From positions 42,759 to 106,758 of the IMG/VR virus record IMGVR_UViG_3300009509_000004: a stretch of DNA of 64,000 bases; one strand, 5' to 3'. Under the pieces are notes generated by a model. It was not told the origin of the DNA. It was given only the letters and a program-made list of their open reading frames with translations, and ran no database searches. Source of the stretch: a virus. The position numbers were made by a program, and so were the translations under genes. Positions 19,505 to 28,950 of this stretch are shown piece after piece; the stretch's first letter is position 1; every line of letters starts with the position of its first letter.

Positions 19505-20701
19505 TTAGACTCCCTGGCCGATGTTTCGCACCTTGACCAGCGCGTCCAGCTCTTCAAACTCCACCGCAACCTTGGCCGTGATGGCGTACTGGTTGACACC
19601 CTTGAAGATGTCACGATCTTTCTCGATCCTGACATCCCGCCCGATGCCGACCACAAAGTTGTTCTGGTGGGTGAGAATGAGCTGAGGATTGGACTTGTAC
19701 GTCACCTTGACGGTGTCGCCGTCGCCAATCGCACCAAGTGCAACACGTGCGATGGTACCAGCCGCCGCGTCCAGCACATAGTCGGTGGTCTCCACATATG
19801 GAGTCTGCGGAGCACCAGCAAGATCGCTCTTGCTGACCACGACGTTCTGGACAGGGCCGTTCTTGAGAGCAACGGCAGTGGTGCCGTTGAGCTGAACGTG
19901 CTCAACCACCATCGGCAAGAAGTCCCACAGCGGCACTGGCACTGCAGGGATGCCGAATGGCCCATGGCTCGCTCCACCTGCAGCCTGATCACCCAACGCT
20001 GTGGCGCGGGTGGACAGCTTCTCCAGGTAGATCTGCCACAGATCGGGGGACATGAACCAACGCAACATGGACTTGTTGCGTCGGAATTTGGTGGGCATTG
20101 CACGGATGGCCTTGCTGAACAGGCTCAACCCGATGTTGGCCCCAGCCGCGTCCACAATGTGGCCGCCGTCTGCCAGCTTCTGCCAGCCGTCTTGGAGCGC
20201 CAGATACGTGTCCTTGACGTATCCGGTGGAGCTGCCACCGTCCAAGATGTCCGACTCCAGCTGGGCAGGGCCCAACTTGTCGCCGTTGACATACAGCTCT
20301 TCCATGTCGTTGGCGGTCTGCGTGGCCATCATCTGAATGATGTGTTCCTCCACGCTGTCGCCCTCGATGTTGAGCTCACGGAAGTTGTCGCCGATCTCGA
20401 ACGGCACCATGAGCTCAGACGGCTTGAGGGTGACCTTGGACGTGGTGACTCCACGTCGCACGCCAGGATCACGTGCCTCTGCCTTGGGCACCGCCATGCG
20501 TTTGCCGATGCCGATCTTGTCGATTTCCAACGTCTCATTGCGGAAACGCACCACACGAGCGTTGTTGCGCAGCACCGTCTCATCGATCACGAAGTCGATG
20601 AAGCGATCACTCTGCGCGGGATTCAACTTGCCTGCACTGGCCAGCGCGTCAGCTGTGATGACTGCTTTCTGGACCAGCTCTTCATTGGAGATACCAGCCA
20701 T
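19505..20701 (-). CDS. Major capsid protein (HK97 fold, XkdG-like) with inserted beta domain
   Basis: GKLNPAQSDRFIDFVIDET...EIDKIGIG...NIEG...ANDMEELYVNGD; follows protease and scaffold. Confidence 0.92.
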   Translation of the reverse strand: MAGISNEELVQKAVITADALASAGKLNPAQSDRFIDFVIDETVLRNNARVVRFRNETLEIDKIGIGKRMAVPKAEARDPGVRRGVTTSKVTLKPSELMVPFEIGDNFRELNIEGDSVEEHIIQMMATQTANDMEELYVNGDKLGPAQLESDILDGGSSTGYVKDTYLALQDGWQKLADGGHIVDAAGANIGLSLFSKAIRAMPTKFRRNKSMLRWFMSPDLWQIYLEKLSTRATALGDQAAGGASHGPFGIPAVPVPLWDFLPMVVEHVQLNGTTAVALKNGPVQNVVVSKSDLAGAPQTPYVETTDYVLDAAAGTIARVALGAIGDGDTVKVTYKSNPQLILTHQNNFVVGIGRDVRIEKDRDIFKGVNQYAITAKVAVEFEELDALVKVRNIGQGV

Positions 20702-20761
20702 GTTCTTTCCTCCTGAATCGCAACCTTCTGGTTACTTGTTTGCTGTCACCCCTGAGCAGTC

Positions 20762-21748
20762 CTACAGGACGCCTGCCCAAAAGCTCTTTTTCGTTTCCTG
20801 AGTGTCGGTTCCACCCTCGCCCTCCAAACTCGTGGACGGGTTGCGGGTTTTCTCGATACTCTCCAGCCGCTCGCCCAAGCCCTTGGTGACCTCTTGGACT
20901 TCATCCAGCTTTGCCTTCAGGATGTCCTTGAGCTCAGTCAAGCTCTTGGTCAACTCGACCACCCCACTGCCTCCAAACTTGGTGCCTGCGGGCACACTGG
21001 ACTTGGGATTGCCGCCAACAGGGATCTCCTGCATGGACAGCTCCTTCATGAGCCCAGACAGTGTCTCGATGGCCTGCTTGAGAGCAGCCTCACGCTTGGG
21101 CGTGAATGCCTTGGCCTTCTGGACGCCCACGGCCAGCACCTCCAGCATCTTCTGCACGGTGGCCTCGCCGTCATCGCCCTCGTCACCACCCTCGCCCTCA
21201 CCGCCATCGGCGTTCTTTTGGGTTTTCTTGAGGGGTGGTTGCGCGGATGCGCCTGGCTTGAACTGACCTGGCATCTTCTTGTCGAAGTCTGCCAGCGCCT
21301 TCTCAAGCGCCTCGCCTTTGATCCCAGCCGATTCCAGCTGAGACTTGAACATGCCACGCATGTCAGGCATCTTGCCCTTCTCCACATTGGTTTGGGTTTC
21401 GCCATCGCTGGCATCCCCATCGCCGTCGCCAGAGGCATTTGCCCCTGTCGCCTTTGCGATGTTTTCAACCAGCTCTGTGACTTGCGCCATGGCCTTTTCG
21501 ACAGCTTCAGTGGTAGCCTTGGCCACCTCAACCTGAACTTTCTCAGGTGCAGTGCCGCTGTCTTTGGCCACTGGCTCTGTCACACCTTCCTGATCCTTCT
21601 TCACTTCGGTGTTCACATCGGCCATGTCGCCTTCCTCCTGGTTCAACCGTTTGACTACAACAAACTCCTGTTCATTCGCAGGACTGTCCACCAAGGATAC
21701 TTCCCCAACGGACAAATCAACAAATCTTTGCTTGGGCTGGTTCGCCAT
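20762..21748 (-). CDS. Capsid scaffold protein carrying an N-terminal protease segment (EVSLVDSPAN)
   Basis: Helical/low-complexity 328 aa just upstream of MCP; ends KSFWAGVL. Confidence 0.75.
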   Translation of the reverse strand: MANQPKQRFVDLSVGEVSLVDSPANEQEFVVVKRLNQEEGDMADVNTEVKKDQEGVTEPVAKDSGTAPEKVQVEVAKATTEAVEKAMAQVTELVENIAKATGANASGDGDGDASDGETQTNVEKGKMPDMRGMFKSQLESAGIKGEALEKALADFDKKMPGQFKPGASAQPPLKKTQKNADGGEGEGGDEGDDGEATVQKMLEVLAVGVQKAKAFTPKREAALKQAIETLSGLMKELSMQEIPVGGNPKSSVPAGTKFGGSGVVELTKSLTELKDILKAKLDEVQEVTKGLGERLESIEKTRNPSTSLEGEGGTDTQETKKSFWAGVL

Positions 21749-21764
21749 TTATCGCTCCGTTTCT

Positions 21765-22364
21765 TCAAGCAGCCAGCTTCTGAACTTTGGCCTTGCCGCC
21801 AATAGAAAAGCCCTTGAGCTTGGCCTCTTTGACCAATTTCCAGACCTTGGCGTCAGTCACCTTGACTGTCATGATCCATGCGCCCTCTTTGACTGTGGTG
21901 CCATTGATCACAACGTCATGTGGAGCGATCCAAGACTCAAGAAGCTCAAATTGTTGCTTTCCAAAATACTTGTGCATTAGGCCAAGTTTGGTGGCCTTGT
22001 TGTACCTTGCTACGAATTGGTGCGCCGCCTTCCTGATCACCTCCTTGCTCATGATGTCGCCTTGGGCGTCCACCACTTCTGGCTGGAGCACGACGCCTGT
22101 GACAGTCTGCTCATCAGCATTGGCTTTGATCAGGGGCACATAGATGTTCTTTTGGACTTCAGTTGTCTCCATGTCCTCTGCCTTCTCTTGAGGCTCCAGC
22201 TTGACCTTGGGCTGCTTTGGCTTGACGCCGCTGCCGCCTGGTAGCCCCCTTGCTGGGTGCAATTTGCCGCTGTCGCTCAAGTCTCCAGCATCGATGGTCT
22301 TGGCGACAACTTTGTGTTGCCCCTTCTCATCGGCTGGAAAAGCTCTGCGTGGTAGCCTTGGCAC
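21765..22364 (-). CDS. Prohead serine protease (XkdF-like)
   Basis: VTGVVLQPEVVDAQGD...AAHQF...MH...ESWIAP...GAWIM...GFSIGG. Confidence 0.88.
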   Translation of the reverse strand: MPRLPRRAFPADEKGQHKVVAKTIDAGDLSDSGKLHPARGLPGGSGVKPKQPKVKLEPQEKAEDMETTEVQKNIYVPLIKANADEQTVTGVVLQPEVVDAQGDIMSKEVIRKAAHQFVARYNKATKLGLMHKYFGKQQFELLESWIAPHDVVINGTTVKEGAWIMTVKVTDAKVWKLVKEAKLKGFSIGGKAKVQKLAA

Positions 22365-22420
22365 ATCTCACCTCGTTTGCGCAATTCAACACAACAAGGT
22401 AAGAGTAGATTGGAAGCGCC

Positions 22421-22464
22421 AAAAAGGAAAGCATCACACAGGCATGAAACCCGTTATGCTTTCT
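22421..22464 (-). terminator. Intrinsic terminator after the MuF operon
   Basis: GAAAGCAT...ATGCTTTC stem followed by CTTTTT on the minus strand. Confidence 0.5.
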
Positions 22465-22500
22465 TGATTTTGTGCAAATGATGTGGGAGAACGGCTGAAA

Positions 22501-22749
22501 CTATACTTCTTCAACCATGATTTTGCTGGAATTTGAAAATGCGATGGGCAGATTGTCCAAGAACTTTTGGCCGTCCTTGGGGGTGAAAAGACCTTTTGCT
22601 GTCACGATCCCGTTGCGCTCCAAGTCATCCTTGAACCACTCGGTGTCCTTCTGCCAGTCAGCGACCAACTTGCCCCCAGACATATTGAATGTGACTAGGT
22701 GCTTGTATTTGCCTGTATCTGGCTTGTATATGGTGACCTTGAGTGCCAT
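22501..22749 (-). CDS. Small protein downstream of MuF-kinase (candidate immunity/partner)
   Basis: 82 aa with AGGAG RBS; position only. Confidence 0.6.
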   Translation of the reverse strand: MALKVTIYKPDTGKYKHLVTFNMSGGKLVADWQKDTEWFKDDLERNGIVTAKGLFTPKDGQKFLDNLPIAFSNSSKIMVEEV

Positions 22750-22787
22750 CTATTATCTCCTATGCGGTTCTGCCCACTTTCGCTGAA

Positions 22788-24890
22788 TCACCCGCCAGTC
22801 TTGGCCCCTGGCGTGGAACTGATGAATTGCCCTGCTGATGTGATATTCTGCGGAGCAGCCCCTGCATCTTTGTATGCCTCTCCAACGATCTTGATGATTT
22901 TCTCTCTGTCTCCTGGCTTGACCAACGTCAACGGTTTGTTGGTGGCCCTGCTGAAAAACTCCATGACCTTGGATGTGGAGTTGTACTCAGGCATCTTGTC
23001 TATGATTTGTGGGTTGATTTGCAGCGCCCTGATTCTGATCAACGTTTCCATCGTGGCCTGGCTGGGCACACCCGCTTCCCTGAGCACCTGGGCAACTCTC
23101 TCCAACTTCAACTTCCTGATTGCCAACACGCTCGCCCGATCCAATTTGACCAACGAGTCTGCCAACGTGGATGGCGCATCAGTTGGGAAAATGTACCTTG
23201 CAGGCATCCCCTTTGGGAATGTCAGCCCGTTGTCGATTGCGATGGCGTTGTATGCCGTCTTGCCGCCCCTCTTCACGGCCTTGAACATGATATTCTGCGT
23301 GTGTCTGTCGTCATTGGCCCCGATGACGTCAAGCAAAAACATCCTGCGGATGCGCGGATCGTTGTTCAGTTGGCCCGCATAGGCCATGCTCCTGACTGCA
23401 GACCCTACATCATCCATGTCCTTTGCCCCTGGAACATAGTGTTGCAGGCTGCCAATCTTACCAACGCCTGGATCACGAGACACAGTTGGTGGCACAACCA
23501 TTGTGCCGCCCATCTCCCTGTCGATCTTGTACATGGCAGCTTCCCTGGCGTGGTATGTCCCAGGCTCGATGCCCCTGCGCAAGCTCATCTCGCTCTCAGC
23601 TGTCTTCCAGACAGCCTTCACTTTGGTTTGGTCTGGCGTCTGTAGGGTTGCCATCTGCGCCCCGTTGACGCCCTTCCCGATCTGCTTTGCGCTGATCATC
23701 CTGCTCGTCAGCAAGTTGCGGATGATTTTGTCTTCAGCACTCTCCTTTTTGACACCAGGCGGCATGATCTCCTTGGGCCTCACTGGCCTGGTGCTCGTTG
23801 GGAAGTCCATTGGTTGCAGATCTGAATATGACCCAACCTCATCGGACACATCAACTGTACACCTGCACCTGAAGTGATATGGCGGCAAGGAGAATCCAGC
23901 AGCGGCAAGCGCCGCTTCATCCTTCCCCTCGACAGCCTTGGCACTCCTGGGCCATGGGTGTATTGCCTTGATGTCCTCTGGGCTCTTGGCCATGAACTCC
24001 TGCTCAATCTGATTCAACCCCTGCTGCAAGCTGAACGTCTTGCCTTGCAGCGAGTCACAGACTGCGCAGATCCTTGTGCCACCTGGATTGGTGATGGTGT
24101 AGCGCGTGATGCCGACCTCGGCAAAACTCCGCATCTGCCCATACACCCGTCCAACCGTCATCGCATTGGCGACAAGCCCTTCAAAATACTGCTTCTCAGT
24201 GCCTATGAATCCTTTGGGCGTGACAACCTTCCCCAACATCGCCTTGACGCGGTCAGCCATCAGCTGGCCCGCAACGGCTGGACTTTGCCCCGCCTCGATC
24301 ATCGCCTCGCGTGTTGTGTCGCTGATCGAGTTTGACAGGTTGGTGTCGTAATGTTCACCAATCCAAAATGTGTTCTTGTCCTTCAGCGCCTGGACAGCCT
24401 CTTCATCGACAAGATCAAACGATGGAAGCGCTTGAACCTTTGCCTTTTTGACAGTTGACGTTGTGCCCTCTGTCTTGGGCACGTTGAACTGGAGCGATGC
24501 CATAGACTGCTTGGTGGCCTTCTTGTAGCCTGCCAGCCTGGCCAGCCTGTACACAGCGACTATTTCTGTGTTGAATGTGGCTGTTACGTCCTTGGCCCAC
24601 TTGTTCATGACGTTGGCGATTGCGGCTGCAATCTTGTCGGCAGGCTTCAAGTCCTTTGCCATCTTGACAGCGACCTTGACCGCCTCTGCTTTGCGTGCGT
24701 TCCACTTCCCTTCCAGGAAGCTCCGCAAGCGCAACTCAGCCCGCGCAATCTGCGCAACCTCGCTCAACTTGAGCACTTTCGCAATCGTCAAATCGGATGA
24801 TGCGCTGTTGATGTATGCCTTGGTCACGCCAATGGATACATACTTGCGCTCATGCAGCTTTATGACATTGCTGTGGCAATCATCGCACAT
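22788..24890 (-). CDS. MuF (SPP1 gp7-like) head morphogenesis protein fused to a PI3K/PI4K/HipA-like kinase domain
   Basis: MuF: RICAVCDSLQGK...PPYHFRCRC. Kinase: IGKGVNG, AVWK, REAAMY, GSLQHYV, NDDRHTQN, AIDNGLTF. Confidence 0.85.
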   Translation of the reverse strand: MCDDCHSNVIKLHERKYVSIGVTKAYINSASSDLTIAKVLKLSEVAQIARAELRLRSFLEGKWNARKAEAVKVAVKMAKDLKPADKIAAAIANVMNKWAKDVTATFNTEIVAVYRLARLAGYKKATKQSMASLQFNVPKTEGTTSTVKKAKVQALPSFDLVDEEAVQALKDKNTFWIGEHYDTNLSNSISDTTREAMIEAGQSPAVAGQLMADRVKAMLGKVVTPKGFIGTEKQYFEGLVANAMTVGRVYGQMRSFAEVGITRYTITNPGGTRICAVCDSLQGKTFSLQQGLNQIEQEFMAKSPEDIKAIHPWPRSAKAVEGKDEAALAAAGFSLPPYHFRCRCTVDVSDEVGSYSDLQPMDFPTSTRPVRPKEIMPPGVKKESAEDKIIRNLLTSRMISAKQIGKGVNGAQMATLQTPDQTKVKAVWKTAESEMSLRRGIEPGTYHAREAAMYKIDREMGGTMVVPPTVSRDPGVGKIGSLQHYVPGAKDMDDVGSAVRSMAYAGQLNNDPRIRRMFLLDVIGANDDRHTQNIMFKAVKRGGKTAYNAIAIDNGLTFPKGMPARYIFPTDAPSTLADSLVKLDRASVLAIRKLKLERVAQVLREAGVPSQATMETLIRIRALQINPQIIDKMPEYNSTSKVMEFFSRATNKPLTLVKPGDREKIIKIVGEAYKDAGAAPQNITSAGQFISSTPGAKTGG

Positions 24891-24899
24891 GTTGCCACC

Positions 24900-26771
24900 T
24901 TACATGTCAAGGTCAAAGTCTGTGGTGTCCTCGACCGATCTGGACTTTTCGACCTCTGTTTGCAGACGCCTCTCCAGCTTCTTGTTGATGCTGAGCAGGT
25001 GGTCAACCATGGGATCGCTGCCCAGCCCGCTGACCATCTCGCTGTTGCCGCACTTGGTGCATTCAGCCTCGATGAGCGTTGGCTCTTCAATATCTGCATC
25101 GACATCCCAAAGCCTCTTGAGCGCCGTGAGTTGTTGCCCTGGCTCAGTCGGTTCTGCTTTGTTCTTGACCGCCTCTGCCATGGTGAGGCTGAACGGCACA
25201 TCAGATGGGAAGTCTGCTGGGAAGTCTGGAAGCTCTGCTGACAAGATGTCTTCAAGCATCACGCGTGCGATGCGTGGCGTCATCCCGCCTGTCTTCTCAG
25301 CGCCCGCCAGGATCTTGACCAGCTGCTGATTGTCTGTCGTGTTGGGGCTGTTGCTCTTGTATTTGTGGTACACAATCCCCATCTCAGGGAACAAGATGCG
25401 GTTGATCAGCTCATCAAACTCCTGCCGCTCTGGAGCAAAGATCTGCTCATCTGCAAGCACCCGACTGGCCTCAGCCGTTGCCCTGGTGTATTCATCCGTG
25501 CGACCGACAAAGATCGGTGGAAGTCTCCAAACCCGCCTCACCTTGTCCTGGTTGTTCTCGCTGTAATTCTGGAACAACGCATCCTTGTGTTGCTCCTTGA
25601 CCAATGGTTTGACCTCGACCTTGGCGTGGCTGCCGCTTTCCTCGCCCTCCATCAAGCCTTCAGCTTCCAGCAACAAAAACTTGCTGTAATTGTCGCTGCC
25701 CTGAATCTGGCTCTCCACAAAGCTCTCGATGCGTTGAATTGAGCCCTCGGTGAGCTGCCCATTGCTGACCAACACGACCATCGATGGAATATTGTTGTTC
25801 CTGAAGGTCACATAGTTGATCTCTTCAGCAGCCCTGTCTCCAAAGATGCTGAGCATGTTGCCGATATATCGGGGCAACCCGTATGGCGTGCGAGCTGAGT
25901 ACAGCTTCATGTGCACGACCTCGTTTGCCCTGTCTTCTATGGGCAGCTTGGCGTCTGCGATCTGCCCTGTGCGATTGTCATATATGCGTGTGTCACCAAA
26001 CTCCTTGAACCACCTGATTTTGTGCCCTCCAACCGTGGATAGGTTGCGCAGGTACACCGCCTTGCTCTGAACAAACTTCCTGAAGCGCCGCCACTCCTTG
26101 ATTGTGGCGACCTTGACGCTGCCATCCAGCTGCAACTCCAGGATCTTGCGATCTGTGAGAACCTGCGCCTCATCCAGTCGCCCCAACCGCATCTGGTAAC
26201 TGGGCAAGTGCACAAACGATTGTATTGCCCCAAGGTCATTTCTGATGACCTCAAAGTAGGCATTGCCTGTGCCTTCCAAGTCCTTGCGCAATTTGCGTCT
26301 GAATGCCACAAAGCTCTCTGCTGTGCAGTATTGGAAAAAGTTGACAAGGCGCACCCGCTCCTTGTTCAGCTTCTTTTCCAATTCAGGCGGCAATTTCTCG
26401 CCATCAACCTCTTTTTTCATGCGTGGCACAAAGCGATGGCCAAACCCCTCGATGTTTGTTTCCATTGCCTCGATGCACTGCTCCATCTCGCTGGAATGCT
26501 CTGGGAGCATCGCCAATGTGAGCAGGTCAAATGGTGGCTCGATGACCGTGCCCTTCACCGATAGTGAATGGAACGGATCTTGCGGCACAGCCTGAGACTT
26601 CCCAGGGGCAGCTCTGGGCAGCTGCTTGGTGATTGGGATGTCCATTTGTCCGATGACACGCGCCCTGATTGTGTTCATCGCCTTTTGATTGGCATCTGCA
26701 CCAGCAACATTGGCCGCCTTCTCAATGGAAACGACCTGTGCCGCTTGTGCCTTCCTGTTATGATTGGCCAT
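24900..26771 (-). CDS. Portal protein (PBSX XkdE-like)
   Basis: IEPPFD...GNAYFEVIRN...ANEVVH...YGLPRY...FRNNNIP...RLPPIFVG...TRATAE. Confidence 0.9.
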   Translation of the reverse strand: MANHNRKAQAAQVVSIEKAANVAGADANQKAMNTIRARVIGQMDIPITKQLPRAAPGKSQAVPQDPFHSLSVKGTVIEPPFDLLTLAMLPEHSSEMEQCIEAMETNIEGFGHRFVPRMKKEVDGEKLPPELEKKLNKERVRLVNFFQYCTAESFVAFRRKLRKDLEGTGNAYFEVIRNDLGAIQSFVHLPSYQMRLGRLDEAQVLTDRKILELQLDGSVKVATIKEWRRFRKFVQSKAVYLRNLSTVGGHKIRWFKEFGDTRIYDNRTGQIADAKLPIEDRANEVVHMKLYSARTPYGLPRYIGNMLSIFGDRAAEEINYVTFRNNNIPSMVVLVSNGQLTEGSIQRIESFVESQIQGSDNYSKFLLLEAEGLMEGEESGSHAKVEVKPLVKEQHKDALFQNYSENNQDKVRRVWRLPPIFVGRTDEYTRATAEASRVLADEQIFAPERQEFDELINRILFPEMGIVYHKYKSNSPNTTDNQQLVKILAGAEKTGGMTPRIARVMLEDILSAELPDFPADFPSDVPFSLTMAEAVKNKAEPTEPGQQLTALKRLWDVDADIEEPTLIEAECTKCGNSEMVSGLGSDPMVDHLLSINKKLERRLQTEVEKSRSVEDTTDFDLDM

Positions 26772-26785
26772 GCCAGCCTCCTACC

Positions 26786-28252
26786 TCAGATGACGCCTGG
26801 CTCACGCCGTCTGCCTCTGCGTTTTTTGAGTTTACTCGCTCTGTTGGCTAGGTCCAAAGCGTCAAACAAATCCTTGTATCTGAAATTTGGGAACAGCACC
26901 AGCTGTTCGACCAATAGATGCATGTTGCCGCCCTTCTTGAAAAACATCCTCATGTCCTCAAACTGCGGCTCCAGCTTCCATGCCCTTGCGATTTTGTCCT
27001 TGTCCTGATTGACAGGCTTCAACCTGATGTCTTTGTCGTATTCATCTTTCAGGTTCTGATACTGCGCCAGCTGATATGCATTGGTCTCGATGCAGCACCT
27101 GATTGGATCCCACTTCTGGTAATACTCAATGATCTTCCTTGTCTGAGCGCCAAAGCGTAGGTGCCCAGCAAAGAAGTCCAACACATACCTGTTCTTGTCT
27201 GTGTCCATCCCAAGGACAACAATGGCCATCTGGTCATTGGTTTCCTTTTCTGTGATGGCCAAGTCAACGCCCATGAAGATGCGCAGCGCCTTGGGGATGT
27301 CCCCAGCCTCGATCATCTGGCATTGATCATATTGGAAAATTTCACCCTTCATCGCCTCTGTATCACATTGATACTGTGCGTTGAAGATGATGATGCCTGA
27401 CTTGCGCTTTTTCTCCATGAACCATTTGGGTGGATACTTCTCTGGCCATGGGCTGCGCCCGTCTGCGTCCAACGCTGCGATGATATTGTGGTGGTGCTTC
27501 AGCTCGTTGTCGATGAGGTGCCCATACAGGTCATCATAGTGATACCTTGTGCCCAGCCTGTGGTGCTCCCCTCTGTGCTCAACGCTTGGGTCTGGCGGTT
27601 CCAAAGTTGGGTCAAGTGATTGGTAGTACCATGTCCTGGTCTTGTCGCGCATGTACTTTGTGCGCGTGTTCTCTTCATCGCACAGGTCATCGCTGATGAT
27701 GACGTCATAGTGCTTGCCAACGACCTGCGCCCCAACACCCAGCGTTGTGACAGACGCCTCCTTGGCCCTTGTCGTGCGGGGCAGCACCTCGATCTCGCTG
27801 TTGTCCCACTTCCTGACTGCTCTTGGGTCATAATATGGCCCAAATATCTCAATGAGCTTGTCGTTGCTCTCGAAATGCGCCTTGATTTCTTTCAAGAATG
27901 CCTCTGCCTGCCCTGACGTCTTTGAGGTGATCAGGATGCGCAGGTTGGGATTCTTGAGCAATAGGTGGATGACTTTGGCAACTGTGCAAACCGTGGACTT
28001 TCCAGCCCCTCGGAATGCCAATTGCAGGTTGTCTGGGTGCCTGAATTGATATGCCATCATCGCCAGATGGAATGGCTCCACCTGGTATCCCAGCACGTAG
28101 GTGGCCAAGATGTCTATGCGATTGTTGACAATGATTTGGCGCTTCAACCACTCATTGCCCATGGCCTTGTAGTGGTCAAGCGTTTGGACAAGCTCGCTGC
28201 GCTCTGAGTCCTCAATCCTTCTTGTTATCGGTATGACCGCAGCACCTGGCAT
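26786..28252 (-). CDS. terL: Terminase large subunit
   Basis: Walker A FRGAGKST, Walker B VIISDD, GTRYH, nuclease GVDLA and DLFDA. Confidence 0.92.
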   Translation of the reverse strand: MPGAAVIPITRRIEDSERSELVQTLDHYKAMGNEWLKRQIIVNNRIDILATYVLGYQVEPFHLAMMAYQFRHPDNLQLAFRGAGKSTVCTVAKVIHLLLKNPNLRILITSKTSGQAEAFLKEIKAHFESNDKLIEIFGPYYDPRAVRKWDNSEIEVLPRTTRAKEASVTTLGVGAQVVGKHYDVIISDDLCDEENTRTKYMRDKTRTWYYQSLDPTLEPPDPSVEHRGEHHRLGTRYHYDDLYGHLIDNELKHHHNIIAALDADGRSPWPEKYPPKWFMEKKRKSGIIIFNAQYQCDTEAMKGEIFQYDQCQMIEAGDIPKALRIFMGVDLAITEKETNDQMAIVVLGMDTDKNRYVLDFFAGHLRFGAQTRKIIEYYQKWDPIRCCIETNAYQLAQYQNLKDEYDKDIRLKPVNQDKDKIARAWKLEPQFEDMRMFFKKGGNMHLLVEQLVLFPNFRYKDLFDALDLANRASKLKKRRGRRREPGVI

Positions 28253-28254
28253 GC

Positions 28255-28545
28255 TCAACCCCGCTTGGGATCGTACACCAGGAATGTCGCCTCATCTTCA
28301 GGCACAAGGACAGTCTGTGGACGTGTCCATGTTTTCTCGACCCCGCTTGCCCCTTGTGCGGGTGGTGTACAATAAGGGCATGAAATGTGTCCCATGTCAC
28401 TCTCGACATAGAACGGCTTGTGGCAGTCCTGGCAAAAACACGCCAAGAGACCAGTTGAGATGTAGTGGGCTTGCCCTCCATCTCCATCCCCTACAACAAT
28501 TTTGTCTGGCAGACGTTTCAGCCTGCTGACCCTGATTTTCGACAT
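28255..28545 (-). CDS. Small Zn-ribbon protein
   Basis: CQDC...CPYC. Confidence 0.5.
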   Translation of the reverse strand: MSKIRVSRLKRLPDKIVVGDGDGGQAHYISTGLLACFCQDCHKPFYVESDMGHISCPYCTPPAQGASGVEKTWTRPQTVLVPEDEATFLVYDPKRG

Positions 28546-28565
28546 GCGCAAGCACCCCAATGTCT

Positions 28566-28934
28566 CTATGAGAATTGCTTGTGCTCAAACCCAGCGACAA
28601 GGATGTCCACAACGCCCGTCGTGACCGCCACCTGCACAAAGAAGATCCTGCCCATTGGCTCGATGGTGAACTCATACGGCACGCCAGCACCGACTCCTGC
28701 CTTGGTGATCGGGGTGTGCTCTTGAACAAACTTGTCGGCTTTGTCGCTCCACCACCAAATCGCAACATTGGGGTTGACGCCTGCCGCTGGAACAACCTGG
28801 ACATGGGCATACTTGTACATGGCCCCGTTGCAGCCGTGCTGCTTCTTGACATTGGCCATGACATCTGCTGCTGAAACGCCTTCCCTGTACAGCCCATATT
28901 CAGGTGCAAGCGTCATTGAAAATTTTGTTGTCAT
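28566..28934 (-). CDS. Hypothetical beta-rich protein
   Basis: 122 aa; AAGGAG RBS. Confidence 0.6.
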   Translation of the reverse strand: MTTKFSMTLAPEYGLYREGVSAADVMANVKKQHGCNGAMYKYAHVQVVPAAGVNPNVAIWWWSDKADKFVQEHTPITKAGVGAGVPYEFTIEPMGRIFFVQVAVTTGVVDILVAGFEHKQFS

Positions 28935-28950
28935 GTCGATCTCCTTGGAG

